From positions 3,197 through 67,196 of the forward strand of contig JAYZES010000002.1 in NCBI GenBank assembly GCA_036337195.1: a stretch of DNA of 64,000 nt, read 5' to 3'. Below, piece after piece: positions 20,187 to 33,327 of the stretch. The translations under genes and the position numbers were made by a program. This stretch comes from Pseudomonadota bacterium (lineage in GTDB: Bacteria; Pseudomonadota; Gammaproteobacteria; Pseudomonadales; Azotimanducaceae). Numbering within the stretch: position 1 is the first letter of the stretch; each line of letters begins with the position of its first letter. Under the pieces are notes generated by a model, which made no database searches, was not told the origin of the DNA, and was given only the letters and a program-made list of their open reading frames with translations.

Positions 20187-22094
20187 CTAGTTACCCGGAG
20201 TTAATTCAAGCAGGAGTTTGTTCAAACGATGCACGAATGTTGCGGGCTCTTTTAATTGACTGCCCTCGGCTAGCAAAGCTTGATCATACAATAATCTCGC
20301 TAAATCAGAGAACCTATCCTCGCTGGTTTCTCCTCGCAACTTTTCTATCAGAGGATGCATAGGATTCACTTCGAAAATGCGTTTACTTTCTCCAGGGGCC
20401 TTCTGACCTGCAGCTTCCATAATTTTTCGCATCTGGATCCCCATATCGTCCTCTGTAATGACCAAACATGCTGGAGAATTCGTGAGGCGATTAGTCGTTC
20501 TAACTTCCTCAACTTCACCTTCAAGAAGAGTAGCAAGACGTTCAATTAAATCCGCGGAGTCTTTCTCTACCTTTTCTTTCTCGGCCTTTTCTTCGTTATC
20601 TTCAAGATCACCCAAATCCAGTGCTCCACGCGCGACATCCTGGAACTGTTTTTTATCAAATTCTGTCAAATGGCTCATCAACCATTCATCAATGCGGTCA
20701 TGAAGCAATAACACTTCGAGATCTTTCTTCTTGAATACTTCCAAATGAGGACTATTCAAAGTGGTGTGATAATTTTCTCCTGTGACATAAAAGATTTTAG
20801 TTTGCCCTTCTTTCATATTCTCTACGTAGGTCTTCAAGGACTGATCTTGAACTTCAGAACCAGATTTTGTGGTAGAAAATCGCAGCAATTCTGAAATCTT
20901 CTGTTTATTCGAGAAATCCTCAGCTATGCCTTCCTTCAAGGCTTGACCAAACTCGTTCCAAAATAGCTGATATTGGTTTACATCTTTTTTCGCCAACTTC
21001 TCTAGAACGTCTAAAACTCGCTTGGTAAGAGCCGAACGCATTGATTCAATCGCAGGGTCTTTCTGAAGGATCTCCCGTGATACATTTAGAGAAAGGTCGT
21101 TCGAGTCGATAACGCCTTTAACAAAACGAAGGTATAAAGGAAGAAACTGCTCGGCCTCATCCATTATAAATACCCTCTGTACATAGAGCTTCAACCCCAG
21201 CGGGGCCTCGCGCTGCCACAAATCAAATGGAGCCTTAGAGGGTATATAGATCAAACTAGTATAGTCTAATTTCCCCTCCACCTTGTTGTGTGACCAAGTT
21301 AGAGGGTCCTGGAAATCATGGGCAATATGCTTATAGAACTCTTTGTATTCCTCATCCTTGATATCGCCTCTTGAGCGCGTCCACATCGCCTGAGCACTAT
21401 TTACAATCTCATCTTCCGGCTCCTCGGCCTCTTTATCCTCTGCGTCCCCAACAGCTTCCTTTTGCATGGTTACTGGCACAGGCACATGATCGGCGTACTT
21501 CTTGACAATGTTACGTAACCGCCAACCATCCAGGAACTCATCTTCTTCTGGTTTAATATGCAGAATCACAGAGGTTCCCACGGTCTGCCTTTCAATCGTT
21601 TCTACCTCAAAATCAGCGTCACCAGTAGAGGACCATCGAACGCCGTTATGCGATTCAGCATCGATAGACCTACTTTCAACTACGACCTTATTTGCTACGA
21701 TGAAGGATGAGTAGAAACCAACCCCAAACTGCCCAATTAGCTGGGCATCTTTTTGTTGATCACCGGTCAGAGACTCTAAGAATTGCGCTGTCCCGGACTT
21801 TGCAATAGTACCCAAATGCGAGATCGCCTCATCTCGAGTCATGCCAACACCAGTATCTGTCAGCGTAATCGTCTTGTCCTCTTTGCTTATATCAATCCGA
21901 ATACCTAAGTCTCCCTCGATAAGTTCGGGTCGAGAAAGACCTTCAAACCTTATCTTATCTATTGCATCTGAGGCATTCGAAATTAGTTCTCTCAGGAAAA
22001 TCTCTTTATTCGAATAAAGAGAATGAATCATTAAATGGAGGAGTTGCTTTGCCTCCGATTGAAAACCCAAGGTTTCTTTGTCGCTTTTACTCAT
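20187..22094 (-). CDS. htpG: Molecular chaperone HtpG (Hsp90)
   Basis: 635 aa with the GHKL ATPase N-terminus ([35 protein letters not shown]). Confidence 0.95.
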   Translation of the reverse strand: MSKSDKETLGFQSEAKQLLHLMIHSLYSNKEIFLRELISNASDAIDKIRFEGLSRPELIEGDLGIRIDISKEDKTITLTDTGVGMTRDEAISHLGTIAKSGTAQFLESLTGDQQKDAQLIGQFGVGFYSSFIVANKVVVESRSIDAESHNGVRWSSTGDADFEVETIERQTVGTSVILHIKPEEDEFLDGWRLRNIVKKYADHVPVPVTMQKEAVGDAEDKEAEEPEDEIVNSAQAMWTRSRGDIKDEEYKEFYKHIAHDFQDPLTWSHNKVEGKLDYTSLIYIPSKAPFDLWQREAPLGLKLYVQRVFIMDEAEQFLPLYLRFVKGVIDSNDLSLNVSREILQKDPAIESMRSALTKRVLDVLEKLAKKDVNQYQLFWNEFGQALKEGIAEDFSNKQKISELLRFSTTKSGSEVQDQSLKTYVENMKEGQTKIFYVTGENYHTTLNSPHLEVFKKKDLEVLLLHDRIDEWLMSHLTEFDKKQFQDVARGALDLGDLEDNEEKAEKEKVEKDSADLIERLATLLEGEVEEVRTTNRLTNSPACLVITEDDMGIQMRKIMEAAGQKAPGESKRIFEVNPMHPLIEKLRGETSEDRFSDLARLLYDQALLAEGSQLKEPATFVHRLNKLLLELTPGN

Positions 22095-22134
22095 TTACTT
22101 TTATCCTCCCCACCAACGACATAATTTCTCAAAC

Positions 22135-22162
22135 ATCTTGGGTCTCGTAAGAAAATTTCAAC
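22135..22162 (-). promoter_or_regulatory. Candidate sigma-32 heat-shock promoter for htpG
   Basis: The reverse strand reads GTTGAAA-13 nt-CCCAAGAT, against the sigma-32 consensus CTTGAAA-N13/14-CCCCATNT. It lies about 40 nt upstream of the htpG ATG, which has a strong GGGGAGGA SD, inside the 70 nt sucD-htpG gap. Confidence 0.45.
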
Positions 22163-22164
22163 CC

Positions 22165-23037
22165 TTACCAACCGGTCGCCTCCCTCAAGGCATCACCTAT
22201 TTGTGCAAGACTTTTGACGGTATGAACGCCCGACCTATTTAAGCAGGCAATCTTGTCTTCCGCCGTTCCCTTGCCTCCCGCAATGATTGCTCCTGCATGA
22301 CCCATGCGCTTCCCTGGTGGGGCGGTCACACCAGCGATATAAGCCACCACAGGCTTCGAGACATTTTCTCTAATATACTCAGCAGCTTCTTCCTCTGCAG
22401 TACCCCCTATCTCTCCGACCATAACAATAGCTTCAGTCAAAGGATCTCTCTCAAACATTGAAAGAATGTCTATAAAATTACTGCCAGGAATTGGATCTCC
22501 ACCGATGCCAACGCACGTACTTTGACCATATCCGAGATCACTAGTTTGCTTAACAGCTTCGTAGGTTAAGGTGCCTGATCTTGAGACTATACCAACTCTT
22601 CCAGACAAGTGAATATCGCCTGGCATGATTCCAATCTTACATTCACCCGGCGTTATTACACCGGGACAGTTTGGTCCAATAAGACGGACCCCTAAGGCGT
22701 CCAAATAGACCTTAACTCTTAGCATATCGAGGGTTGGTACCCCCTCAGTAATACATACAATTAGCTTAATACCGGCAGCAGCAGCTTCGAGTATCCCATC
22801 CTTCGCAAATGGTGCTGGTACATATATAACTGAAGCATCTGCTCCTGTGGCCTCTACAGCTTGCAGAACGTTATCGAATACTGGCAAACCCAAGTGGGTT
22901 TGCCCACCCTTACCTGGAGTAATACCCCCAACTAACTGTGTACCGTAGGAAATGGCTTGCTCAGAATGCATTGTGCCTTGCGAACCAGTAAAACCCTGGC
23001 AAACAACCTTCGTATCTTTGTTAATGAGAATACTCAC
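22165..23037 (-). CDS. sucD: Succinate--CoA ligase subunit alpha
   Basis: 290 aa with [12 protein letters not shown] and the phospho-His block RMGHAGAII. Confidence 0.95.
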   Translation of the reverse strand: MSILINKDTKVVCQGFTGSQGTMHSEQAISYGTQLVGGITPGKGGQTHLGLPVFDNVLQAVEATGADASVIYVPAPFAKDGILEAAAAGIKLIVCITEGVPTLDMLRVKVYLDALGVRLIGPNCPGVITPGECKIGIMPGDIHLSGRVGIVSRSGTLTYEAVKQTSDLGYGQSTCVGIGGDPIPGSNFIDILSMFERDPLTEAIVMVGEIGGTAEEEAAEYIRENVSKPVVAYIAGVTAPPGKRMGHAGAIIAGGKGTAEDKIACLNRSGVHTVKSLAQIGDALREATGW

Positions 23038-23038
23038 T

Positions 23039-24202
23039 TTATTCCCTCGCCAAATTAACTATTTGTTCTACAGCGTCCGAGAGACTAGTCGCTGCAACTA
23101 TGTCAACGTCGCTGTCTGCCAAAGTAGCGACACCAAGCTCTGCGTTGTTTCCCTCAAACCTCACGACAACTGGCACATTCACTCCGACTTCTTTCACTGC
23201 TCCAATAATTCCATCGGCAATAATATTACATTGGACGATCCCGCCAAAAATATTGATTAAAACTGCTCTGACGTGCTTATCAGATAAAATAATTTTAAAT
23301 GCTTCGCTAACCGCTTGCTTCGTGGCCCCACCGCCGACATCCAAAAAATTAGCGGGCTGTCCTCCATACAACTTAACCAGGTCCATTGTTCCCATGGCAA
23401 GTCCAGCGCCATTCACCATGCACCCTATATTTCCATCTAACGCCACATAGTTTAAACCGAATTTTGATGCCTCATTTTCACGCTCATCCTCTTGACTGGG
23501 ATCTCGCATTTCTAATATGGCTTTTTGTCGATAAAGAGCGTTACTATCAACAGATACCTTAGCGTCCAAACAATGTAGATCACCATCTATAGTTATGACC
23601 AGGGGATTGATCTCCAATAAGGCAAGATCACAATCTTCAAACAGTCGCGAGAGGGACATAAATATATTTGCGAATTGATTAATCTGTTTTCCACTGAGGC
23701 CAAGCTTTAAGGCCAGGTCCCTTCCCTGATAGGGCATCGCACCAATCGCCGGATCGATAACCGCTTGAAGAATCTTATCTGGCGTGTCTTCAGCGACCTT
23801 TTCAATCTCGACACCTCCCTCGGTTGAGGCCATGACTATGATCCTTCTTGTGGACCGATCAATGACAGCTCCTAAATATAGCTCTTGGGCAATGTCTGTA
23901 CACTCTTCGATATAAATCTTGCTGATCGGCTGCCCCGACTCGCCAGTTTGAGCCGTCACCAGCTTTTTCCCGATGTGGCTCTCTGCAAACTGTCTTACGT
24001 CCTCGACTGACCTTACTAGTTTTACTCCTCCAGCCTTACCTCGACCACCTGCGTGGACTTGCACCTTGACTACCCAACACTCGCCTCCCAATTTTTTCGC
24101 AGCAGCAACAGCATCATTCGAAGACTCAACTGCAATGCCTTTCGAGACAGGCAAGCCATACTCGTGGAAAAGTCTTTTTGCCTGATATTCGTGAAGATTC
24201 AT
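23039..24202 (-). CDS. sucC: Succinate--CoA ligase subunit beta
   Basis: 387 aa with an MNLHEYQAK start and an ATP-grasp domain. Confidence 0.95.
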   Translation of the reverse strand: MNLHEYQAKRLFHEYGLPVSKGIAVESSNDAVAAAKKLGGECWVVKVQVHAGGRGKAGGVKLVRSVEDVRQFAESHIGKKLVTAQTGESGQPISKIYIEECTDIAQELYLGAVIDRSTRRIIVMASTEGGVEIEKVAEDTPDKILQAVIDPAIGAMPYQGRDLALKLGLSGKQINQFANIFMSLSRLFEDCDLALLEINPLVITIDGDLHCLDAKVSVDSNALYRQKAILEMRDPSQEDERENEASKFGLNYVALDGNIGCMVNGAGLAMGTMDLVKLYGGQPANFLDVGGGATKQAVSEAFKIILSDKHVRAVLINIFGGIVQCNIIADGIIGAVKEVGVNVPVVVRFEGNNAELGVATLADSDVDIVAATSLSDAVEQIVNLARE

Positions 24203-24226
24203 AAAGTTCCTAATTCCTATTAAAAG

Positions 24227-25678
<1,452 letters not shown>

Positions 25679-26899
25679 TTATATATCGAGGAGGATCCTC
25701 GCTGGCTCTTCAAGAAACTCTTTTATTGTAACTAGGAAACGAACCGCTTCGGAACCATCAATTAATCGATGGTCATATGAAAGTGCCAGGTACATCATTG
25801 GCCGAATTTCAATTTGACTATTAATCACTACAGGTCGCTCTTGAATCTTGTGCATACCTAAGATCCCAGTCTGTGGTGGATTCAGAATTGGCGTAGACAG
25901 CAGTGATCCAAAAACACCACCATTTGATATGGTAAAGGTCCCTCCCGACATTTCCTCAATCGATAGCTTACCTTCTTGAGCTTTAGAGCCATAATCTCGT
26001 ACCTGATCTTCTATTTCAGCCAAGGTTAAACTATCTGCTTCTCGTATTACAGGAACCACCAATCCGCGGGGGGAGCTCACTGCCACTCCAATATCTTGAT
26101 ATCCATGGTAGACAATATCTTTGTCATCGATAGAGGCATTGACTGAGGGAAATCGCTTCAATGCCTCTACACTAGCTCTCACGAAAAAAGACATGAAACC
26201 TAATCTCGTACCGTTATGCGCTTTCTCGAAAGCTTCTCGGTATTGATTTCTCAAATCAATAATAGAGCCCATATCGACTTCATTGAAAGTAGTTAGCATA
26301 GCTGCATTGTGTTGCGCCTCCACCAACCTTTGAGCAATACTTGCTCGAAGTCGCGTCATGGGAACACGTCTCTCTAATCGCTCCTGCGGGACCAAATTCG
26401 ATTCTGACGCTTCTGCTACCTGGGTCGCCGATTGGAGTCTGTCAGCTAACTCATCGGTGTGCGCAATCGCTGCCACCGACCTGAGGATATCCTCTTTGGT
26501 AATCCTTCCACCCTTACCAGTGCCCTCGACTTCATCAACTTTGATCTTATTTTCCTTCGCTAACTTCCTCGCGGCTGGGCTGATTGGAGTTTCTTTCGAG
26601 CCGTCAGATTGATTAGGCGGCAGTCCCATATTCTCATTAGTAGATGGGGTAGTATTATCGAGCACTCCCGGTTCAAATTCACCAAGAGTTTCTTCCGTCA
26701 AGACCGTTTCGCCCACCTCTTTGAAAATTTTTTTTAGGATGCCATTGTCTGGAGCTACAACCTCCAGAACGACCTTGTCAGTCTCTATGTCTACTAAGAC
26801 CTGGTCGCGTTTTACCGTATCGCCAACTTCAACATGCCAAGCTGCTACTTCACCATCAGCAATGGACTCGGGGAAAACGGGCGTCTTAATTTCAATCAT
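25679..26899 (-). CDS. sucB: 2-oxoglutarate dehydrogenase E2, dihydrolipoyllysine-residue succinyltransferase
   Basis: 406 aa with a lipoyl domain ([10 protein letters not shown]), an E3-binding domain and the catalytic block DHRLIDG. Confidence 0.95.
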   Translation of the reverse strand: MIEIKTPVFPESIADGEVAAWHVEVGDTVKRDQVLVDIETDKVVLEVVAPDNGILKKIFKEVGETVLTEETLGEFEPGVLDNTTPSTNENMGLPPNQSDGSKETPISPAARKLAKENKIKVDEVEGTGKGGRITKEDILRSVAAIAHTDELADRLQSATQVAEASESNLVPQERLERRVPMTRLRASIAQRLVEAQHNAAMLTTFNEVDMGSIIDLRNQYREAFEKAHNGTRLGFMSFFVRASVEALKRFPSVNASIDDKDIVYHGYQDIGVAVSSPRGLVVPVIREADSLTLAEIEDQVRDYGSKAQEGKLSIEEMSGGTFTISNGGVFGSLLSTPILNPPQTGILGMHKIQERPVVINSQIEIRPMMYLALSYDHRLIDGSEAVRFLVTIKEFLEEPARILLDI

Positions 26900-26919
26900 G
26901 TTTTCATCCTAAAGTTAAG

Positions 26920-29766
26920 CTAATCCAAATCTTTTTTGTACAAGGCAGTATTAACTAAGGTTTCTTGCTGCCGAACGTGCAGAGACATGTATCCCGCCGC
27001 TGCCGCCGCCGATCCATCTCTACCAGCATAGTGTAGATACAAAGAGGGGTTTTTAGAATGTATTACGCGACGAATATGATGTTGGCTACTGTACCAGGCG
27101 CCCTGATTCATAGGTTCCTCTTGGCACCAGACTACCGTTTCCATATTTGGAAATTCACTGAGGAGTTCTGCCAAATCAGCTTCAGGAAAGGGATATAATT
27201 GTTCAATGCGTATAATTGCTACGTTATCTAGTTGATCTTCACGACGCTTCGTTAGCAAATCGTAGTATACCTTTCCACTACACAAGACTACTCTAGTAAC
27301 CTTATGAGGATACTGAGGGTTGACTTCTGGTAACACCGTCCGAAAAGCCCCAGAGCACAATTCCTCAAGTGTTGAGGTGGCTTCTTTATGACGTAACAAG
27401 CTTTTTGGTGTCATAATAATAAGTGGCTTTCTTACAGGCCTGATCGCCTGCCGACGCAGCAAATGGAAAATTTGAGCTGGTGTGGTCGGCACACACACCT
27501 GAATATTATGCTCCGCAGATAACTGCAGATATCGCTCTAGTCTAGCAGAGGAATGTTCGGGGCCCTGACCCTCATACCCATGGGGTAACATCAACGTCAG
27601 ACCGCATAATCTTGCCCATTTGTGCTCTCCACTTGTGATGAATTGATCAATTACGACCTGCGCCCCATTTGCGAAATCACCAAACTGAGCTTCCCATATT
27701 ACGAGGGTCCTTGGGCTTGTTTGCGCATAGCCATATTCGAAGGCGAGCACAGCCTCCTCCGAGAGAAAAGAGTCGTAGATCATGAAAGATGGTTGATCAG
27801 GTTCTATATGTTGTAGAGGCACATAGGTGTCACCACTCCGTTGATCGTGATAAACGGCATGCCTATGCGAGAACGTGCCTCTTCCCACGTCCTGTCCTGT
27901 CAGCCTAATAGGAAAGCCTTCTGAAATGAGACTGGCATATGCCATCACCTCTGCGAAACCCCAGTTCACCGATAGAGCTCCGGCACCCATTTTTCTTCTA
28001 TCTTCTGCTATCTTCGTAACTTGCCTGTGCAAAACAAATCCTTCAGGAATCTCATCCATCCGGCTTGACAATTCCTTAATGCGCTTCGCTGAAATTGTTG
28101 TGTCCGCCGGAGTATCCCATGAATGACCAAGGTAGGGACTCCAATCAACATATAAGGATGTATCAGGCTCCTTCAAATAATCCCACGCTACAGCATTCCC
28201 AGCGTCAAGGGAGTCGCGATAAGATTCCATACGTTGATGATATTGATTCTCATCAATGGCCCCCTCGTTGATTAATTTTGCTGCATATATATTTGTTACT
28301 GTAGGATGTTTAGCAATGGTCTCGTACATGACCGGCTGGGTTATGGAAGGTTCGTCTCCCTCATTGTGGCCACGACGCCGATAACAAACAATATCGATGA
28401 CTACGTCCTTTCTAAATTCCATTCGGTAATCTAATGCTAGTTGCGACACAAATAAGACGGCCTCGGGATCATCCCCATTAACATGAAATACCGGCGCCTG
28501 AATCATTTTAGATATCTCACTGCAATACCGAGTGGACCTAGCGTCTTCCTGCTTACTAACGGTGTATCCTATTTGATTGTTGATGATAATGTGAACAGTT
28601 CCGCCAGTATAGAACCCTCTTGTCTGAGACATTTGAAAGGTTTCCATTACAACACCTTGACCGGCAAATGAGGCGTCACCATGAACATTTATTGCAAGAA
28701 CTTTGTCCCCTGAGTAATCCTCTCTCCGATCCATGCGAGCGCGAACCGAACCAACAATAACTGGCGCAGCTATTTCAAGATGTGACGGATTGAAGCCAAG
28801 CGCTAGATGCATTTCTCCGCCAGGAGTCATCAGATTTGAGGAGAAACCCTGATGGTACTTGACATCACCAGAGCCAAAACCAGGCTCATATCTTCCCTCG
28901 AATTCATCAAATAAATCCGCTGGATCTTTACCCATTAGATTAACTAAAACGTTGATTCTCCCTCGATGAGCCATTCCCATCACGGTTTCTTTCACGCCTG
29001 CTGATCCTGCCCGATGTATCAGTTCTGCCAAGCACAAAATAAAACTTTCGCCTCCTTCAAGACCAAAGCGCTTTGTACCGGGGTATTTGGTACCCAGATA
29101 CTTTTCGAGCCCCTCAGCGGCTATCAAGCGATCGAGTATTCGGCTTTTTACCCCTTCACCATAAGAAAAATGAGAGCGAGTACTTTCCATCCGCTGCTGG
29201 ATCCAATTACTCTCCACTTCATCACTGATGTGCATATATTCCGCACCAATAGAGGCGCAATATGTAGATTCAAGCGCCTCCACAATATCTATAAGGGCAG
29301 CATCTTTCCCATCGAAAAAAAGATTCCCGGCTTGGAATTGAGTATCGAGATCGGCTTCGGAAAGATGATGGTAGCTTAACTGCAGTTTGGGGACTTCCGA
29401 GATTTCTATGAGGCCCAGGGGATCCAGGTTTGCTTTCAAGTGGCCACGACGCCGATATCCATTAATTAACTCGCTCACTGAAAACTGCTTTCTCTCATAA
29501 TCGGCGCTGATACTGCTCGCCGACACAGGAGCGACCCTAGATTGGTTTTTTGCAAGCAGTAGAAAGTGATTCTGGATGGTTTTATGGGAAATATCTGCCG
29601 CCAAAGAACCCTCAACTAGGGGAAGCGAGTCGAAATAGCTTCGCCATTGATCAGGCACTTCTGAGGGATCTGCCAGATATCTCTCGTAAAGCTCTTCAAC
29701 ATAGGATGCGTTTCCACCAGAAATATGCCCGGAACGCCAAAGGCGAGCCATCATGCCGTCTTCCAT
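26920..29766 (-). CDS. sucA: 2-oxoglutarate dehydrogenase E1 component
   Basis: 948 aa with typical E1o blocks (RGHLxANLDPLG, GDxAFAGQGVV). Confidence 0.95.
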   Translation of the reverse strand: MEDGMMARLWRSGHISGGNASYVEELYERYLADPSEVPDQWRSYFDSLPLVEGSLAADISHKTIQNHFLLLAKNQSRVAPVSASSISADYERKQFSVSELINGYRRRGHLKANLDPLGLIEISEVPKLQLSYHHLSEADLDTQFQAGNLFFDGKDAALIDIVEALESTYCASIGAEYMHISDEVESNWIQQRMESTRSHFSYGEGVKSRILDRLIAAEGLEKYLGTKYPGTKRFGLEGGESFILCLAELIHRAGSAGVKETVMGMAHRGRINVLVNLMGKDPADLFDEFEGRYEPGFGSGDVKYHQGFSSNLMTPGGEMHLALGFNPSHLEIAAPVIVGSVRARMDRREDYSGDKVLAINVHGDASFAGQGVVMETFQMSQTRGFYTGGTVHIIINNQIGYTVSKQEDARSTRYCSEISKMIQAPVFHVNGDDPEAVLFVSQLALDYRMEFRKDVVIDIVCYRRRGHNEGDEPSITQPVMYETIAKHPTVTNIYAAKLINEGAIDENQYHQRMESYRDSLDAGNAVAWDYLKEPDTSLYVDWSPYLGHSWDTPADTTISAKRIKELSSRMDEIPEGFVLHRQVTKIAEDRRKMGAGALSVNWGFAEVMAYASLISEGFPIRLTGQDVGRGTFSHRHAVYHDQRSGDTYVPLQHIEPDQPSFMIYDSFLSEEAVLAFEYGYAQTSPRTLVIWEAQFGDFANGAQVVIDQFITSGEHKWARLCGLTLMLPHGYEGQGPEHSSARLERYLQLSAEHNIQVCVPTTPAQIFHLLRRQAIRPVRKPLIIMTPKSLLRHKEATSTLEELCSGAFRTVLPEVNPQYPHKVTRVVLCSGKVYYDLLTKRREDQLDNVAIIRIEQLYPFPEADLAELLSEFPNMETVVWCQEEPMNQGAWYSSQHHIRRVIHSKNPSLYLHYAGRDGSAAAAAGYMSLHVRQQETLVNTALYKKDLD

Positions 29767-29871
29767 AACCTATGACCTTTGTCGAAATTTGCAATTGTAC
29801 TGGCAAAATGGGAATCCAGCACCTATTTTCAACGCTTGGCGTGGAGTTTGCGAAGGTGTTCTAATTATTGC

Positions 29872-30576
29872 TTAGGCAATTCTGTTGAGAAGCATATTCC
29901 TGATTTTCCCAATCGCCCTGGTTGGGTTCAACCCTTTGGGACATACGCTCACGCAATTCATGATTCCACGGCAGCGGAAAACGCTGAACGGGTCCTTGAG
30001 TTCAGCAAGCCTCTCCTCCTTTGCAGTGTCTCGGGTGTCTGCCAAAAAACGATAAGCCTGCAAAAGCCCGGCTGGGCCGACGAACTTGTCGGGATTCCAC
30101 CAAAAAGAAGGACACGCCGTCGAGCAGCACCCACAGAGGATGCACTCATAGAGGCCGTCGAGCTTTTCACGGTCTTCTGGACTTTGAAGTCGCTCTTGCT
30201 TGGGGGGCTCTTCATCATTAATCAAATAGGGCTTTACCTTCTCGTACTGCTTGAAGAAGTCGCCCATATCAACGATTAGATCACGAATTACTGGAAGCCC
30301 TGGTAAGGGTCTAATTTTTAGCTTATCACCCTTCACAACCGTTGAAACAGGAGTTGTGCATGCCAGTCCATTCCTGCCGTTCATATTTACACCATCCGAG
30401 CCACACACTCCCTCCCGACAAGATCTTCTGTAACTCAATGAGTCGTCGGATTCCTTAAGCATGGACAAAACATCTAACACCATCAAGTCTCTATTCTCGG
30501 GGATTTCCACCGAAAAATCCTGCATATAGGGTTCAGAGTCCACTTCTGGGTTAAAACGGTAAACACTAACTAACAT
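29872..30576 (-). CDS. sdhB: Succinate dehydrogenase iron-sulfur subunit
   Basis: Three Fe-S cysteine clusters are present (CREGVCGSDG, CILCGCCSTAC, CRGIMNCVSVCP). The start is trimmed to ATG 30576 just after the sdhA stop, giving ~234 aa. Confidence 0.9.
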   Translation of the reverse strand: MLVSVYRFNPEVDSEPYMQDFSVEIPENRDLMVLDVLSMLKESDDSLSYRRSCREGVCGSDGVNMNGRNGLACTTPVSTVVKGDKLKIRPLPGLPVIRDLIVDMGDFFKQYEKVKPYLINDEEPPKQERLQSPEDREKLDGLYECILCGCCSTACPSFWWNPDKFVGPAGLLQAYRFLADTRDTAKEERLAELKDPFSVFRCRGIMNCVSVCPKGLNPTRAIGKIRNMLLNRIA

Positions 30577-30583
30577 GATATTC

Positions 30584-32359
30584 TCAGTAGGTCCTCGCCA
30601 TTGGCTCAAAAGATTCCATCGTTTTCGGCTCAAAGTTAACAGCCCTCTTTCGTAACTGCTTCGTCAGAGGATCATAAATTGAATGTGCCAGCCAGTTTAC
30701 ATCATCCCTCTCTTGATAATCGTCCCTCGCATGAGCTCCACGAGATTCTTTCCTTCCTTCGGCTGAAATAGCGGTTGCTTCGGCAATCTCCAGCAAATTT
30801 TGCAACTCAAGAGCCTCGAAACGAGCTGTATTAAAAACTTTGCTTTTATCTGAGAGACCAGCCCGATTGATCCGATCTCTCAACTCCAGCAATTTCTTCA
30901 TTCCCTCCTGCATATTTTTTTCCTCGCGGAAAACTCCGAAATTGAGTTGCATACAGTTTTGTAACTCTTTTTTCAGGAGCGGAACTGTGTCGCTGGTAAG
31001 TGGAGCCTCATCCCATCGCCGCAACCTACACATCGCCGAATCGAGGTCGTCGTTAGAAGGGGGAGCCATACTAATTCCTGACTTGAGTGCATCGGTTATA
31101 AACAAACCGGCTGCGCGCCCAAATACCACGAGGTCTAGGAGGGAATTTCCGCCCAAACGATTAGCCCCATGAACGGAGACGCAAGCCGCCTCTCCTACTG
31201 CGTATAGACCGGGTACGACAGATTCGTTACCAACCTCGTCAACCGTTATGGCCTGGCCATGAATGTTTGTTGTGAGCCCTCCCATCATGTAATGACAAGT
31301 GGGAACGACAGGAATCGGTTCCTTAACGGGGTCGACATGGGCGAAGGTTTTCGACAGCTCCTGAATACCAGGCAGCCTAGCATCCAGAATCTCCTTGCCT
31401 AGATGGTCAAGTTTCAGCAGGACATGATCTTTTTCCTTCCCGGCTCCTCGCCCCTCCATAATTTCTAGAACCATGCTCCTGGCAACGACGTCTCGTCCAG
31501 CTAAATCTTTGGCATTAGGAGCATATCTCTCCATAAATCTTTCACCATCGCTATTGATGAGAAAACCTCCTTCTCCACGACAACCCTCTGTTACGAGAGT
31601 GCCCGCGCCGGCGATACCGGTTGGATGAAACTGCCACATCTCCATGTCTTGCATTTGAAATCCCGCCCTGAGCGCCATTCCTGTTCCATCTCCAGTGTTA
31701 CTAAGAGCGTTTGTAGTTGAGGCGTAAATGCGCCCAGCGCCTCCGGTAGCGATTACTGTAGCTTTCGACTTCACGTGGTGCACCTCTCCGGTTTCCATGC
31801 AAATCGCTAGAACACCTACCACTTCTCCCGCCGAATTTTTCACCAAATCGACCGCAAACCATTCACTAAAGAAGACGGTCCCGGCTTTTAAGTTGCCCTG
31901 ATACAGGGTGTGCAATAGCGCATGTCCAGTGCGATCTGCAGCAGCACAGGTACGCGCCGCCTGCCCTCCCTTCCCGAAATCTTTTGACTGACCTCCAAAA
32001 GGTCGCTGGTAGATTCGGCCATTCTCCTTCCTTGAAAAGGGCAGTCCCATATGCTCTAACTCATAGACTGCTTCGGGTCCGACACTACACATATATTCAA
32101 TGGCGTCCTGATCCCCTATGTAATCAGAGCCCTTTACCGTGTCATACATATGCCATCGCCAGTCATCATTGGGATCTTCACTCGCAATCGCACAAGTTAT
32201 ACCCCCCTGAGCGGACACCGTATGAGATCTGGTGGGAAACACCTTTGACAATACAGCCGTTTTAAATCCAGACTGCCCCAGTTGAAGTCCTGCTCGCATT
32301 CCCGACCCACCGCCGCCTATAATAATGGCGTCGAACTCTAACTCCGGTAATCTCGTCAC
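30584..32359 (-). CDS. sdhA: Succinate dehydrogenase flavoprotein subunit
   Basis: Contains [12 protein letters not shown], the covalent-FAD His block [10 protein letters not shown] and HGANRLG. I place the start at GTG 32359, which overlaps the sdhD stop (GTGA). Confidence 0.93.
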   Translation of the reverse strand: MTRLPELEFDAIIIGGGGSGMRAGLQLGQSGFKTAVLSKVFPTRSHTVSAQGGITCAIASEDPNDDWRWHMYDTVKGSDYIGDQDAIEYMCSVGPEAVYELEHMGLPFSRKENGRIYQRPFGGQSKDFGKGGQAARTCAAADRTGHALLHTLYQGNLKAGTVFFSEWFAVDLVKNSAGEVVGVLAICMETGEVHHVKSKATVIATGGAGRIYASTTNALSNTGDGTGMALRAGFQMQDMEMWQFHPTGIAGAGTLVTEGCRGEGGFLINSDGERFMERYAPNAKDLAGRDVVARSMVLEIMEGRGAGKEKDHVLLKLDHLGKEILDARLPGIQELSKTFAHVDPVKEPIPVVPTCHYMMGGLTTNIHGQAITVDEVGNESVVPGLYAVGEAACVSVHGANRLGGNSLLDLVVFGRAAGLFITDALKSGISMAPPSNDDLDSAMCRLRRWDEAPLTSDTVPLLKKELQNCMQLNFGVFREEKNMQEGMKKLLELRDRINRAGLSDKSKVFNTARFEALELQNLLEIAEATAISAEGRKESRGAHARDDYQERDDVNWLAHSIYDPLTKQLRKRAVNFEPKTMESFEPMARTY

Positions 32360-32706
32360 GTTAAATTCCACATAATAATTAGGATCCAAATTCCGTACAG
32401 TAACAATGAGAGAAAACAAACGATGTTATAAAAAGCTCTCACCCAAGACGCTGAACCACCAAATTGTCGGGGCGTCAAATAATCAGACCCGATCGTCCAC
32501 AATCCCACCCAAGCATGACTACATATAGACAGGATAGTCGCCACTGTATAAATCTGCATCCAAAAGTTTGAAAAAAGAGCTGTCCAGGCATGATAATCAA
32601 CTTCTTCTGTCGATATTAACCAGAACACCATCCAAATTGTATACGAAGAAATTACGATGGAAGATATCCTTTGGATGAGCCAATCGGTGACCCCACTGAC
32701 AGCCAT
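32356..32706 (-). CDS. sdhD: Succinate dehydrogenase membrane anchor subunit
   Basis: ~116 aa three-TM protein with the heme-ligand-type His block SHAWVG. ATG 32706 is preferred; TTG starts at 32730 or 32742 are alternatives. Confidence 0.8.
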   Translation of the reverse strand: MAVSGVTDWLIQRISSIVISSYTIWMVFWLISTEEVDYHAWTALFSNFWMQIYTVATILSICSHAWVGLWTIGSDYLTPRQFGGSASWVRAFYNIVCFLSLLLYGIWILIIMWNLT

Positions 32707-32726
32707 AAGTTTGAATTTTCTGAGAT

Positions 32727-33116
32727 TCAAGTTAGCAGCCAAAACATAATAATAGCGATTAAAAAGGCGGATATTGTAAATACTAATTTAGCTCCCAAAG
32801 CCCCTCCTTCGTATGTCTCTCCAAAACCGAGGTCCATAAGGAGATGCTTGATGCCCGCAACGAAGTGGAAAACAAAAGGTGCCATCACAAAGAAAAAAAT
32901 CAATAGTCCTGATGGCGAGGCCATCTGCGCTCTAATGAAATTGAAACCATCTTCAGATTGCAGAGACTTTTGTAATGCGAATAACATCACGAACAGTCCC
33001 AAAAAAAGCACTACGCCCGCCACCCGATGCGAGATAGAAGAAATTGCTGTTATAGGAAAGCGGAAAACTAAGAGGTCTCTAATTCCAACATTAATGGGTC
33101 TTTTCTGCGTGTTCAA
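32727..33116 (-). CDS. sdhC: Succinate dehydrogenase cytochrome b556 subunit
   Basis: 129 aa with the RPINVGIRDLLVFRFPITAISSISHRVAGV block typical of SdhC. Confidence 0.88.
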   Translation of the reverse strand: MNTQKRPINVGIRDLLVFRFPITAISSISHRVAGVVLFLGLFVMLFALQKSLQSEDGFNFIRAQMASPSGLLIFFFVMAPFVFHFVAGIKHLLMDLGFGETYEGGALGAKLVFTISAFLIAIIMFWLLT

Positions 33117-33327
33117 AAAACTAAAGGTTCTCGGGATGTGATATTAAAATAAGCATCTTAGATTTTTTAAGAAAAAAAAACAAATGCAAAAGAAAGGCGA
33201 TGATTATTATCGGAGAGCTTTACAAGTAAGGGCGCTTTTGATTACATGTAATGATCCGAGTTCACGCTCGAGCGGGTGATCGTCGTGTTGAAAAATGAGA
33301 GAGCGTGTTCGTCATGGAGCAATTTCA

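Noticed and set aside
29779-30279. Long antisense ORFs inside well-supported genes. These include 29779-30279 opposite sdhB, 32671-33141 opposite sdhC, 41352-41939 opposite leuD/leuC, 12366-12917 opposite trpB, 35186-35542 opposite the crotonase gene and 16967-17332 opposite asd.
   Set aside because: The opposite-strand genes have strong family signatures. The antisense translations are low-complexity or Ser/Pro/Arg-rich with no recognisable motifs, so these are shadow ORFs.
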